Source of the DNA: Planctomycetota bacterium
GTDB taxonomy: Bacteria; Planctomycetota; UBA8108; SXIK01
Length of the DNA: 64,000 nt
Assembly (NCBI GenBank): GCA_965223265.1
Contig: OZ244999.1
Location: 3,808,001 to 3,872,000, forward strand
Reading direction: 5' to 3'
Made by a program: the position numbers and the translations under genes. The stretch's first letter is position 1, and every line of letters starts with the position of its first letter. The notes below the pieces were generated by a model, which made no database searches, was not told the origin of the DNA, and was given only the letters and a program-made list of their open reading frames with translations. Positions 55,715 through 64,000 of this stretch are shown here, piece by piece.

Positions 55715-57598
55715 ATGAGCGCCAATCACCGGCGGGTGTTCGTCGTCTCTTCGCTGACGGCCGCTGCGATCTTCATCGGCATGACCCTGCTCCTTTTCTT
55801 GCCTCGCGACCCAGGCAGAATTGATGGGCTTGAGCCAGACCGTCCGTACACGTCAACGGGACAGGGATCGACGCCACCGAATGACACGATTTCGGAGTCG
55901 CCACCAACACCCGGAGTCACTCCCGAAAACGGCTCGACCGGCACCCCGATGCCGCCGACCGCCGACCCCAATCTGCAGCACCTCCCGCACGGCTCGTGCT
56001 ACGTTACTGTGCAATTGACCGACTCGGCCGGGGCACCTGTGGGCGACGCCCTGGTCTCGCTGCTGGCGGGACGGCGCCTCGGCGAATCACGAACCGACGC
56101 GCGTGGCGAAGCTCACTTTCCAGAAATCGCGGCCGGTACGTACACGATTCAGGTTGCATGGGCAAACACTCCCGATCTTGAGCTGTCGCAGGCACTCATT
56201 CTCGAGGAAGCGGAAGAGAGAGTCGTGCAACTGTCGCTGCCACGAGCTGATCTCTCCATCGCTGGGCGAGTTCTTGATCTGAGCGGCGGACCGCTGGAGG
56301 GCGTGGAGCTGAGAGCCGCCGCGTCTCGGCCGCCCTTGGCCGAGAGAACGGAGCTCCGCTTCGTCTCGCGCTCGCTGTCAACAGCCGTTTCGGGCGGCGA
56401 CGGATCCTACCGAATTGAGAACCTCGCCCCCGGCGATTATGTGGTTTCCACCGTGAAGACTTCTCAATTCCCTTCGGTACGACGCACTGTGCGGGCGGGG
56501 GTGCAGTCAGCTGACTTTCGCCTGGGTGGGGAGCACACCTACCGCCTGTTCGGCCGCGTGCTGAGCGCCGACGGTACTGCGGTACCGGGCGCGGTGGTCA
56601 CCGCACTCGGTTTGCGCGCCTCGGATGTCGCAGCCGACAGCGGCGAGTACGAGATCGAGGTCGCGGTGACCGAGCTGAGACGCACGCTGGTCATCAAGGT
56701 CACACGCGAGGAGTTTCACACTCTACAAATGCACGTGCAGCTGGACTCTTTCGACGACCTCGGCGAGCGCGAACTGGACCTGGTCGTCGACCCACTGGGG
56801 GCCACCGTTGTCGTCGAAGGGGTTGTGCTGGACGATGCTGACGTGCCAATTAGTGGAGAGACCGTGACGCTCTACTCACGGCGCGTCAATGCCCGCCTGT
56901 TCGCACGCACCGACCCCAGCGGGCACTTCGCCATCGAGAACGTGCCGCTGGCGGACGACTACAAGGTGTGGATCTATCCACGGTCCGAATACGGGGACTA
57001 CACCCGCCAGCCGGTGCGCATAGACGAAGCTTTCGAGCCGCTCGAAATCCGCCTCGAACGCCTGCGATCTGGGACCATCGAAGGCGTGATGCTGACCCCA
57101 AACGGAACTCCCGTTGAGGACTTCGAAGTGCTCCTACGCAGCACCAAAGCGCAAGGTAACTCGATCACCCTGCGCGGCGACGCCCACGGTGTGTTCGTCG
57201 CCACGGGGGTGCCGGCGGGTGTCCTCTTGTTTGAGACACGTTCGACGCCGCGCTTGAGCGTCCGCGGCTACACGCTCGAGCCCGATCAAACGCTTCCCGT
57301 GCGGTTGATTCTCGACTGGGGTGAAGACGAACTGAGCGGCGAGGTCCGCGGCCCGGATGGCCAGCCGGTGCGCGGCGCCAAAGTCAATCTGCTGTGGAAT
57401 CTCCGCCAGGAGGGAGTCGACTACGCGTCGTTTCGCAGCACCGTCACGGACGCACGCGGCATGTACGTCTTCACGGAGCTCGCTCCCGGCGACCACCGCA
57501 TCCACGTACTCAACGGAGAATTTCGAGGTAAACAGATTGCCGTGCAGGTGGGGGACGGACGTCCGGCGCCGGTGATCCAGCTTGAGGAATATCGGTAG
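55715..57598 (+). CDS. Membrane-anchored protein with tandem carboxypeptidase-regulatory-like beta-sandwich domains
   Basis: N-terminal TM, Pro/Thr linker, about six G.V.D..G.P..GA.V...TD..G.F/Y repeats. Confidence 0.85.
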   Translation: MSANHRRVFVVSSLTAAAIFIGMTLLLFLPRDPGRIDGLEPDRPYTSTGQGSTPPNDTISESPPTPGVTPENGSTGTPMPPTADPNLQHLPHGSCYVTVQLTDSAGAPVGDALVSLLAGRRLGESRTDARGEAHFPEIAAGTYTIQVAWANTPDLELSQALILEEAEERVVQLSLPRADLSIAGRVLDLSGGPLEGVELRAAASRPPLAERTELRFVSRSLSTAVSGGDGSYRIENLAPGDYVVSTVKTSQFPSVRRTVRAGVQSADFRLGGEHTYRLFGRVLSADGTAVPGAVVTALGLRASDVAADSGEYEIEVAVTELRRTLVIKVTREEFHTLQMHVQLDSFDDLGERELDLVVDPLGATVVVEGVVLDDADVPISGETVTLYSRRVNARLFARTDPSGHFAIENVPLADDYKVWIYPRSEYGDYTRQPVRIDEAFEPLEIRLERLRSGTIEGVMLTPNGTPVEDFEVLLRSTKAQGNSITLRGDAHGVFVATGVPAGVLLFETRSTPRLSVRGYTLEPDQTLPVRLILDWGEDELSGEVRGPDGQPVRGAKVNLLWNLRQEGVDYASFRSTVTDARGMYVFTELAPGDHRIHVLNGEFRGKQIAVQVGDGRPAPVIQLEEYR

Positions 57599-57660
57599 CC
57601 GCTCTCCGAGATTCGGGAGGCGGCGGTTGGGCGTGGGCACCGAGAACACCTCGCCCTACG

Positions 57661-57684
57661 TACGCAGGTACGCAGGTACGCAGG
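57661..57684. repeat. 3 x 8-bp tandem repeat
   Basis: TACGCAGG x3 between convergent genes. Confidence 0.85.
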
Positions 57685-57801
57685 TCCCGATTCCGAGCCG
57701 CATTGTCCGCGCGGGGAGATTCGCTGCGGCCCGGGTTCGGCGCGGCCATGCTGCCTCGAAGAAGTCGCCCTCTAAACAGCAGCTCACGCGCAGGCTCGCC
57801 A

Positions 57802-58503
57802 CTACCGATCGTGCTTCCGGTTGTGCCGCCGATATCGCTGCGCCTTGCGCTCGACGCGCCGCAGAAGGCGTCGCCGATTCCAGCGCCGCCGCGTCGCCTG
57901 GAGATAGGACCTGAAAAACGCACGCCAACTGACCATCGGAATGCTCTCGAAGCGCGCAGTGTCGAGGAGACTCGCGAGGTCCTTGACGATCCACCGGCGG
58001 CGCCGAAAGCGCGCGACGCGGCCGACATCGATCAGACGCGGCTGCTCGGAGTCGACGAAGACGTGATAGACATTGAGATCGCGGTGACAGAGGCGCGCGT
58101 CGTGGAGGCGAGCAACCAACCGGCCGGCACGGATCGCAACCCTCGTCAGGACGTCGACGCTCAAACCTCGCGCGCGCCACTCTGCCACTGGGAATCCAGG
58201 CGCGTCGAGCAGCACCACAAACGTCCCAGAGGGGTGGCGTCCCCAACCGAGCGGGGTCACCGCAGCGATTCCGTGCGTCGCGAGCAAATGGGCCCCACGC
58301 CACTCGGCACGGGCCGGGTTCGTCGGGAGACCGTGAAAGAACCACTTGAGGTGATACACAACGCCGCCTTCACGACGTCGCGCATTCCAGCGCGCCGGAC
58401 GCTTGCGGTCGATCTGCCAGCCAGCGAGATCTACCTGAAGAGTGGGGCGCGGCAGTCCCGCCGCAGCTTCCTCCCAGTTGACGTCTGTTGCGAAAGGCTT
58501 CAA
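57802..58503 (-). CDS. Kdo/WaaP-family (protein-kinase-fold) lipopolysaccharide kinase-like protein
   Basis: YHLK, ARAEW, LHDARLCHRDLNVYHVF, LIDVG, RWIVKDLASL. Confidence 0.85.
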   Translation of the reverse strand: MKPFATDVNWEEAAAGLPRPTLQVDLAGWQIDRKRPARWNARRREGGVVYHLKWFFHGLPTNPARAEWRGAHLLATHGIAAVTPLGWGRHPSGTFVVLLDAPGFPVAEWRARGLSVDVLTRVAIRAGRLVARLHDARLCHRDLNVYHVFVDSEQPRLIDVGRVARFRRRRWIVKDLASLLDTARFESIPMVSWRAFFRSYLQATRRRWNRRRLLRRVERKAQRYRRHNRKHDR

Positions 58504-58530
58504 ACCAGCGCCTTCAATCGATCCCTTTTC

Positions 58531-59391
58531 TCACCCGCCCGCGCGCGTTGCTGCGGCGAGGCGAAAGACGATGAACGTGAGATCGTCTGGCTTTCCGGCC
58601 AACTCGTCGGAAGCGCCAGTCATGCGTGCCGTGCACTCGTCAACCAAGTCGGATGCGGCTTTCTGCATCGGCCCCTTGCGTACGCGATCGACAATCTCAC
58701 TGACGTGTAGATTATCAAACAGTCCGTCACTGCCGAGAACCAAAGTATCGAACGTCGCCAGGGGTAGTGGTGGACCAACCTCGATGCGCATCTGCGGATC
58801 ACCGACAAGGTTAGAGACCAGGTGGCGATCCTCGTGGTGAATCGCCTCCGACTCATCGAGAACGCCGGCTTCCACAGCGTAGCCGACTGGAGAGTGCGAC
58901 ACCGTCTGAAACTTGACCTTCCCTCTCTGCCCCGTGAGCACGATTTGCGAGTCGCCGACGTGATACGTTTGCACCACCGCATCGCAGATCTCAGCGACCG
59001 CGAGGGTCGTCCCGGCGCCGATCCCCAGATCTGCGACCGCTTCGTTGGCGCGGTCAAAGCCGACAAGGATTGACGCGCGCACGTCCTCTGCAGACGCGTG
59101 TCGTAGCGCGTCACCAACCGCGGTCAACGCCAACTGAGAGGCTCGAGCCCCCGCGCGCTGACCGCCGGCGCCGTCGGCGACCACGAGCACCCCGTGGCCT
59201 GGTCCGAGGCGGAAGAGCCCCGCGACGTCCTCGTTCACCGCGCCGTCGCCGGGGCGAGGAGCCGAAAAGATCACGGCTGTGCCGCCGGCAACCTCGTGGG
59301 ACACCCCGTGCTGCATTTGCTGTTCGACGACGAGGACGTTTTGAGCGCGTGCTTCGTCCACAGGCGACCTCGGTGACGACCTGACACTCAC
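58531..59391 (-). CDS. PP2C/PPM-family Ser/Thr phosphatase
   Basis: NED, VADGAGG, GTT, HVGDS, LGSDGL, KPDDLT. Confidence 0.93.
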   Translation of the reverse strand: MSVRSSPRSPVDEARAQNVLVVEQQMQHGVSHEVAGGTAVIFSAPRPGDGAVNEDVAGLFRLGPGHGVLVVADGAGGQRAGARASQLALTAVGDALRHASAEDVRASILVGFDRANEAVADLGIGAGTTLAVAEICDAVVQTYHVGDSQIVLTGQRGKVKFQTVSHSPVGYAVEAGVLDESEAIHHEDRHLVSNLVGDPQMRIEVGPPLPLATFDTLVLGSDGLFDNLHVSEIVDRVRKGPMQKAASDLVDECTARMTGASDELAGKPDDLTFIVFRLAAATRAGG

Positions 59392-59435
59392 TTGGCGCCG
59401 GCAACAAGGCGGTGGGACACTGTCTCCACACTCAA

Positions 59436-59522
59436 CAGCCTGTTGAAACTTCGAGTCGAAAACTGGTCGATCTGGGCGTGAAGAGGCCAGTTTCTCGACC
59501 GAATGACTTTTTCAACAGGCTG
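59436..59522 (-). mobile_element. Internally deleted MITE copy (87 bp), 4-bp TCAA direct repeat
   Basis: TCAA|CAGCCTGTTGAAA...CTTTTTCAACAGGCTG|TCAA. Confidence 0.9.
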
Positions 59523-59684
59523 TCAAACCCGCGACGCCTGGCGCAAGAAAAAAGGCGCCGATCTCGTGCATGACGATACCGGCGCCTTCGAGGCTGATAT
59601 TAGGCTGCGCGTCGCACCTTCGAAGAGACGCGTCCATCTTGGCGACGGAGCGAGCGAAGTACTCTCAGCCCGGATTCGCGTCTC

Positions 59685-60017
59685 TTAGCGACGACGCGCC
59701 TTCTTTCTGGCTTTCTTCTTGGCGGTCTTCTTCTTGGCCGTTTTCCTTTTAGCCTTCTTCGCTGTTCGCTTCTTGGCTGTTTTCTTCTTAGCCTTCTTCT
59801 TGGCTGTTTTCTTCTTAGCGGCTTTCTTCTTAGCCTTCTTCTTAGCTGTTTTCTTGCGAGCCGTTTTCTTCTTAGCTTTCTTGGCCGTCCGCTTCTTCGC
59901 GGTTCGTTTCTTGGCCGTTTTCTTCTTCGCGGCTTTCTTCTTAGCCTTCTTCGCGGTTTTCCTGCGAGCGGTCTTCTTCTTAGCCGCTTTCTTTTTGGCT
60001 CTCTTCTTCTTCGCCAT
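59685..60017 (-). CDS. Histone-H1-like Lys/Ala/Arg/Thr protein
   Basis: AAAGGAG RBS; 110 aa made only of M, A, K, R, T; repeated KKTAKK with synonymous codon variation. Confidence 0.9.
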   Translation of the reverse strand: MAKKKRAKKKAAKKKTARRKTAKKAKKKAAKKKTAKKRTAKKRTAKKAKKKTARKKTAKKKAKKKAAKKKTAKKKAKKKTAKKRTAKKAKRKTAKKKTAKKKARKKARRR

Positions 60018-61213
60018 GATCCGTTCTCCTTTAAAAGGAACAACAAACTGAACCCACCTCCTACGCCCGGGAGATCCACACCCGGAAAATGCGTATTTGG
60101 TTAGGTCAACACGTTCGCAGCAGACTCAAAGGCATGGAGGAAGTCGTTGCCTCCTTCAGCCAATGCTTCCGACTGCTGCGCCTACAACGCGGAGCGCACG
60201 TTACGACTCGAACTCACCAGGACGTCTCATGCCAGACGTTACTGGCGGCCGCGAATCAAGCGAACACTGCACAGGACGCGTCAGTGCAGCGTCACGCGTG
60301 TTTCTGCGACACACTCACCGTATCGTGTCTCCTCACTGCGATTCTCTTTCATGTAGCTGTTATGGCCGGAGGCAAACCGCCGACCGCCAACAACGCCCGC
60401 CCCATCCCTTCGATTTCGAGGCCTCGCTCGGGGCTCTCCAAGGACCGCAAAAGTCGCTCAGACGCACCACTCCAAGACCGCTTCCCACCAAACGGCATCT
60501 CACCGAGCGGCGCAGCGACATCCCGGGGACACCAGGACGCTGAAACCTCACTTCGTGACACGGTTGCTAAAGCGACGCCCACTGGAGGCGCGATAAGGCC
60601 CCGTCGTGTCCATGCGTCGCTGACGTGCTTGCTGGTTTCCGTTGGGTCTTCGATCAGAGTTGCTCTCCTCCAGCGTGTCGGATCACGGCGTGCTTGAGTC
60701 GTTTCGATCTGCCGTGCGCCAACCGCGTTCTCTTCATCAAACGCGAGTGAAAGCTCGCGTTGACACCGATCGATGCGGTTTTATTTGTACAAGGTCGTCA
60801 AAAAAGTAAAGAACATTTTGCTAAAATTGCCACAAAAAAAACAAACGCGCCGTCACTCTGCGCGTGTCTTCACGCGCCACGAAAGAGTGCATGTGTCCAA
60901 CGTAGCAAAGCGTCACCGTTTCACGTGCAACACGAAACCGCTGCAATAGCAGTGCAGAATCGCATCGCATCAACGGCAGGCGCGGCGGAGGCTCAACGCG
61001 AATAGGTGAAGTCTCCTCGCGTTAAGAAGATCTTCGCGCCGATTTGATCAAGTTTTTTTCTGTTCCGAGAAGTGCGTGATGGCAACTGCGAGCGGAACAA
61101 TATCAGGCGCGCAGTTCGATCGTCAACTCGGTGCTTGTTCGGGTTCCAGACGAACGTTTCCCCGACACGTGACAAGGTGTGAACGGCGCCGCAACACGCG
61201 ACGAGGATTCCGA

Positions 61214-61242
61214 TTGCAAAGCCTCAAAACGACCCCTACAAT
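61214..61242 (+). promoter_or_regulatory. sigma70-type promoter
   Basis: TTGCAA-N17-TACAAT, about 315 bp upstream of the 61558 ORF. Confidence 0.65.
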
Positions 61243-61557
61243 GGCTCGCGACTCTCGAGTCTGCCAGGTCAAGAGCGGGTGTTGGGCTCCATTCTGTCGC
61301 CGAAATGCGGCAGGCGGGGCGTCAGCTCGTTCGTAGCGGGCATCTCGACGTTGAACGAGGAATTAACATCTGACCAAGAGACGTCTGGCTTTGCCGGACG
61401 CTGAGCCCGCTCTAACGAGGTGAATCTTGCCGGGCTCAAATCGCATCGTCGCTGTGGCTGGATCATCCACTCCGTAGAGGTTCGCACCCTCGGTTCAGCA
61501 CCTCGACAGGCTTTTGGACCATACTTGAGATTTTAGGTTGTTTTTGCAGGGAAAGCT

Positions 61558-62964
61558 GTGATGAACATGCTCCGACGTGAATCGATCTTCGCCTGGCTTG
61601 CTGTCGCTTGCCTCGGCTTCTTGCCGCTCGCCCACGGCAACACTCTCACCATTGGAAGCGGCAGTGCGAATCAAGGCCAAACGGTCGATATACCGCTGCA
61701 CGCCAGCGGCAACGAAGATGTCCAAGGTCTCGTGATGACGTTCGAGTGGGCTGCTGGCAGCGGCACGGGTGTCGAGCTTGTCGCACGCGACGGCGCGGGC
61801 GAACCGCTCGAAGGTGCCGACCTCATCGTCGGCCGGGTCGAGGACAGCTACATGGTCTTCTCGGTCGTTCTAGATACCGACGGCCAGGACAACGAAACGA
61901 TTCCCGCAGGCCCCGAAGTTCAAGTGGCAACGGCACGGATCCAGTGCCCCGCAAGCGTTGCTGGCACGGTCGTCACGCCGATTCGATTCGTCGAGAACAA
62001 ATACGCCACGGTTGACGGCGGTCCAACGCTCGAGAACCTGATCGTGAGCAACCGCCGCTCGATCCTGGCCCCGCAACTTGCGCTCACGGACGGCTCGTTC
62101 ACTTGCATTGGTGACGGCGGCCCCGGCGGACCGACGGCTTTCGCATGCGGCGCCAGCCTCGGCGGCGACGGCAACCCAGTAGACGCTTCAGGTAAGCACG
62201 AGGAAAGCCCGGTCGTGACGTTCTACTACAGCTCTGCAGAACTGATTCAGGGTCTTTCGATGGCCGTCACCTACGACTGCGCCCTGACCGCCCTGGCTGA
62301 CTCGCTCGACACGAGCGGCGGCGCGCTCGAAGAAGCCAACGCCGAGTTTCACAACATTGACATCGACAACGAGAGCCGAGGCGTCAACGGCGACGGCTGC
62401 GAGTTCACCTTTGGTATGCTGGTCGACTCGAGCGAACCGTTTGACGGCCGCACCCTACCGGCGACCGGCGGTGCGTTCCGTAAACTCTTCTCCCTGGCCT
62501 TCATGATTGAAGATGACGCCATGTGCGATCATTGCTTGTGGCTCAAGTTCGAGGACGGACTGGACGGCAACGGAACTCCTCCTGTCAAGAACCTCGCGTC
62601 GGTCGACTTCCAGTCGAGGAACGTCGAGACGAACGATTGCCGCGTCTGCGTTGACGGCGAAGCCCAGTTCATTCGCGGCGACTGTAACTTCTCCGGCGAG
62701 ATCATGATGGGAGTCAACATCGCAGACGCTGCGGCAGCCGTTGGCTTCATCTTCCTCGACGGCGCCCAGAAGTTTAACGCTCCGTGCGAAGACGCTTGCG
62801 ACGCCAACGACGACGGCCGTCTCGATGCCGCCGACGTGGTGTTCATTCTCGAGTACCTCTTTGTTCCGAACATGCCTGAGCCGCCCGCCCCGGGAGCGAT
62901 CTTTCCGGGATCGGACGAGACCGCCGACGACCTCGGCTGTGAAGGCGCCCCAACGCGCTGCTGA
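61558..62964 (+). CDS. Exported protein with two cohesin-like modules and a C-terminal dockerin-like domain
   Basis: Signal peptide ..LPLAHG; GQTVDIPL...VQGLVMTFEW and IQGLSMAVTYD beta-sandwich starts; FIRGDCN...CEDACDANDDGRLDAAD tail. Confidence 0.8.
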   Translation: MMNMLRRESIFAWLAVACLGFLPLAHGNTLTIGSGSANQGQTVDIPLHASGNEDVQGLVMTFEWAAGSGTGVELVARDGAGEPLEGADLIVGRVEDSYMVFSVVLDTDGQDNETIPAGPEVQVATARIQCPASVAGTVVTPIRFVENKYATVDGGPTLENLIVSNRRSILAPQLALTDGSFTCIGDGGPGGPTAFACGASLGGDGNPVDASGKHEESPVVTFYYSSAELIQGLSMAVTYDCALTALADSLDTSGGALEEANAEFHNIDIDNESRGVNGDGCEFTFGMLVDSSEPFDGRTLPATGGAFRKLFSLAFMIEDDAMCDHCLWLKFEDGLDGNGTPPVKNLASVDFQSRNVETNDCRVCVDGEAQFIRGDCNFSGEIMMGVNIADAAAAVGFIFLDGAQKFNAPCEDACDANDDGRLDAADVVFILEYLFVPNMPEPPAPGAIFPGSDETADDLGCEGAPTRC

Positions 62965-62981
62965 GATTCCGCGGCCGCGAG

Positions 62982-63019
62982 AAAAGCCCTGCTACGACTC
63001 CCGTGGCAGGGCTTTTTTT
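62982..63019. terminator. Bidirectional intrinsic terminator
   Basis: AAAAGCCCTGCTACG...CGTGGCAGGGCTTTTTTT between convergent genes. Confidence 0.9.
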
Positions 63020-63086
63020 CTGCGCAGTCGGAGAGCGGCGCTCGTTGGCCGTGCGACCAAGACGGAATCGCTCCCGTTTGGCAATC

Positions 63087-64000
63087 TCAGTTGCACTCGG
63101 GATCGAGCGCCTCGGAGAGCTCTTCAAGATAGAAGAGCCGTCCCGGAATCGTCGGCATGAAGCTCGACGTCACCCACGGATCGGGACCGTACTGCAGCGT
63201 CACCTTGAGCGACAGCCCCTGCCAACACATGCCGCGCCCGAGAACGCCGTCCGCGCCGCCGATAGCGTAGTCAGCATTGAGAAACAAACCCGGCCCGACG
63301 GTGTTCGCGTACGCCGAGACGAGCGTGGTGCGGCTTTTGAAGCTGGTGATCGCGTTCTGTTCGATTGTCAGAGGATGGAGCTTCGCCGCTATGCGATGAG
63401 TCTCCGCACGCCATGCGTCGGTGGTCTCATACTCGGCGGCAAAATTCGGTTCCCAAAACGCTATGTGCATCGCACGGCCAATCCCGTACACGACAACGAA
63501 CATGGCCCCCGCTCGCCGCAGCGCCTCGATCCGCGCGGCGTACTCCGGCAAGACATCCAAACTGGCGTAATACCTCTGCGCCACAGGGACCGTCAGGTCT
63601 CCGAGCGGTTCGTAAAACGCCGCCTCCATGGCACCTTGAAATGATCCAGGCGCACTTCCGGGAAGCGTGTTTCCGTCGGCGTCGGACCACTCGTCCATGG
63701 TGAATGCGTGGACATGGTCGCAACGAGTGCCTGAAATCTGCAGTGCCCGAATTGCCCAGCGATACATGCCCATTGGGCCGACGGGAACGATCATGGCAAT
63801 CTGCCGCCCGCTGGACTTCGCGTCGTGGATGACGCGGGCGATTTCGAGCCCCATCTCGACCTCGAAATCGTTCAAGCTCGCCGTCGCAATCGGCGAAAAC
63901 CCTGGATGCCAGTGCGGCGCACGTCGCGTCGCCTGCTCGCGCGGCAGACCCGCGATGTCATCCATCCGCTTCAGATCCCATCCTGCCGGAAAGAATCCCT
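63087..64000 (-). CDS. Glucosamine-6-phosphate isomerase/deaminase-like (NagB fold) protein, 5' end outside the window
   Basis: [28 protein letters not shown]. Frame stays open to the window edge ([13 protein letters not shown]). Confidence 0.8.
   Translation of the reverse strand, partial: GFFPAGWDLKRMDDIAGLPREQATRRAPHWHPGFSPIATASLNDFEVEMGLEIARVIHDAKSSGRQIAMIVPVGPMGMYRWAIRALQISGTRCDHVHAFTMDEWSDADGNTLPGSAPGSFQGAMEAAFYEPLGDLTVPVAQRYYASLDVLPEYAARIEALRRAGAMFVVVYGIGRAMHIAFWEPNFAAEYETTDAWRAETHRIAAKLHPLTIEQNAITSFKSRTTLVSAYANTVGPGLFLNADYAIGGADGVLGRGMCWQGLSLKVTLQYGPDPWVTSSFMPTIPGRLFYLEELSEALDPECN

Noticed and set aside
59719-60051. Plus-strand hydrophobic ORF (AVFFLA repeats), and similar ORFs at 34205-34615 and 11919-12440
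   Set aside because: Antisense shadows of low-complexity Lys-rich or DS-rich genes; the RBS supports the minus-strand genes.
60770-60850. Replication origin or dif site
   Set aside because: AT-rich, but no DnaA-box cluster, no XerC/D-like 28-mer and no dnaA/parAB context.

Overview
GC-rich bacterial chromosomal window, most likely from a Planctomycetota genome (inferred from the MoxR/DUF58/BatA/vWA operon with prenyltransferase-repeat and PQQ-propeller partners, Cys-containing dockerin-like tails and dapL). It contains: a ~17 kb minus-strand MoxR-vWA envelope operon; rhomboid protease; squalene/phytoene synthase; a DoxX-ApbE-Tat oxidoreductase cluster; glnK-amtB with NtrC/sigma54-like signals and a downstream porin; dapL; topA; a TPR-ExbB-ExbD operon ending in an unusual TolB-like propeller/TolA-like stalk/alpha-barrel fusion; two dockerin-bearing exported proteins (one with two cohesin-like modules); an intact ISKra4-like IS with an 8-bp target duplication; leuCD; a kinase-PP2C-histone-H1-like trio; and at least eight copies of a palindromic MITE. 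No rRNA, tRNA or CRISPR array was found. Best candidates for undescribed biology are the Tol/Ton-like operon (37581-46205), a cohesin-dockerin surface system, a membrane-anchored circularly permuted ACP, and several structured intergenic RNA candidates. All calls come from reading motifs by eye; no database searches were run.
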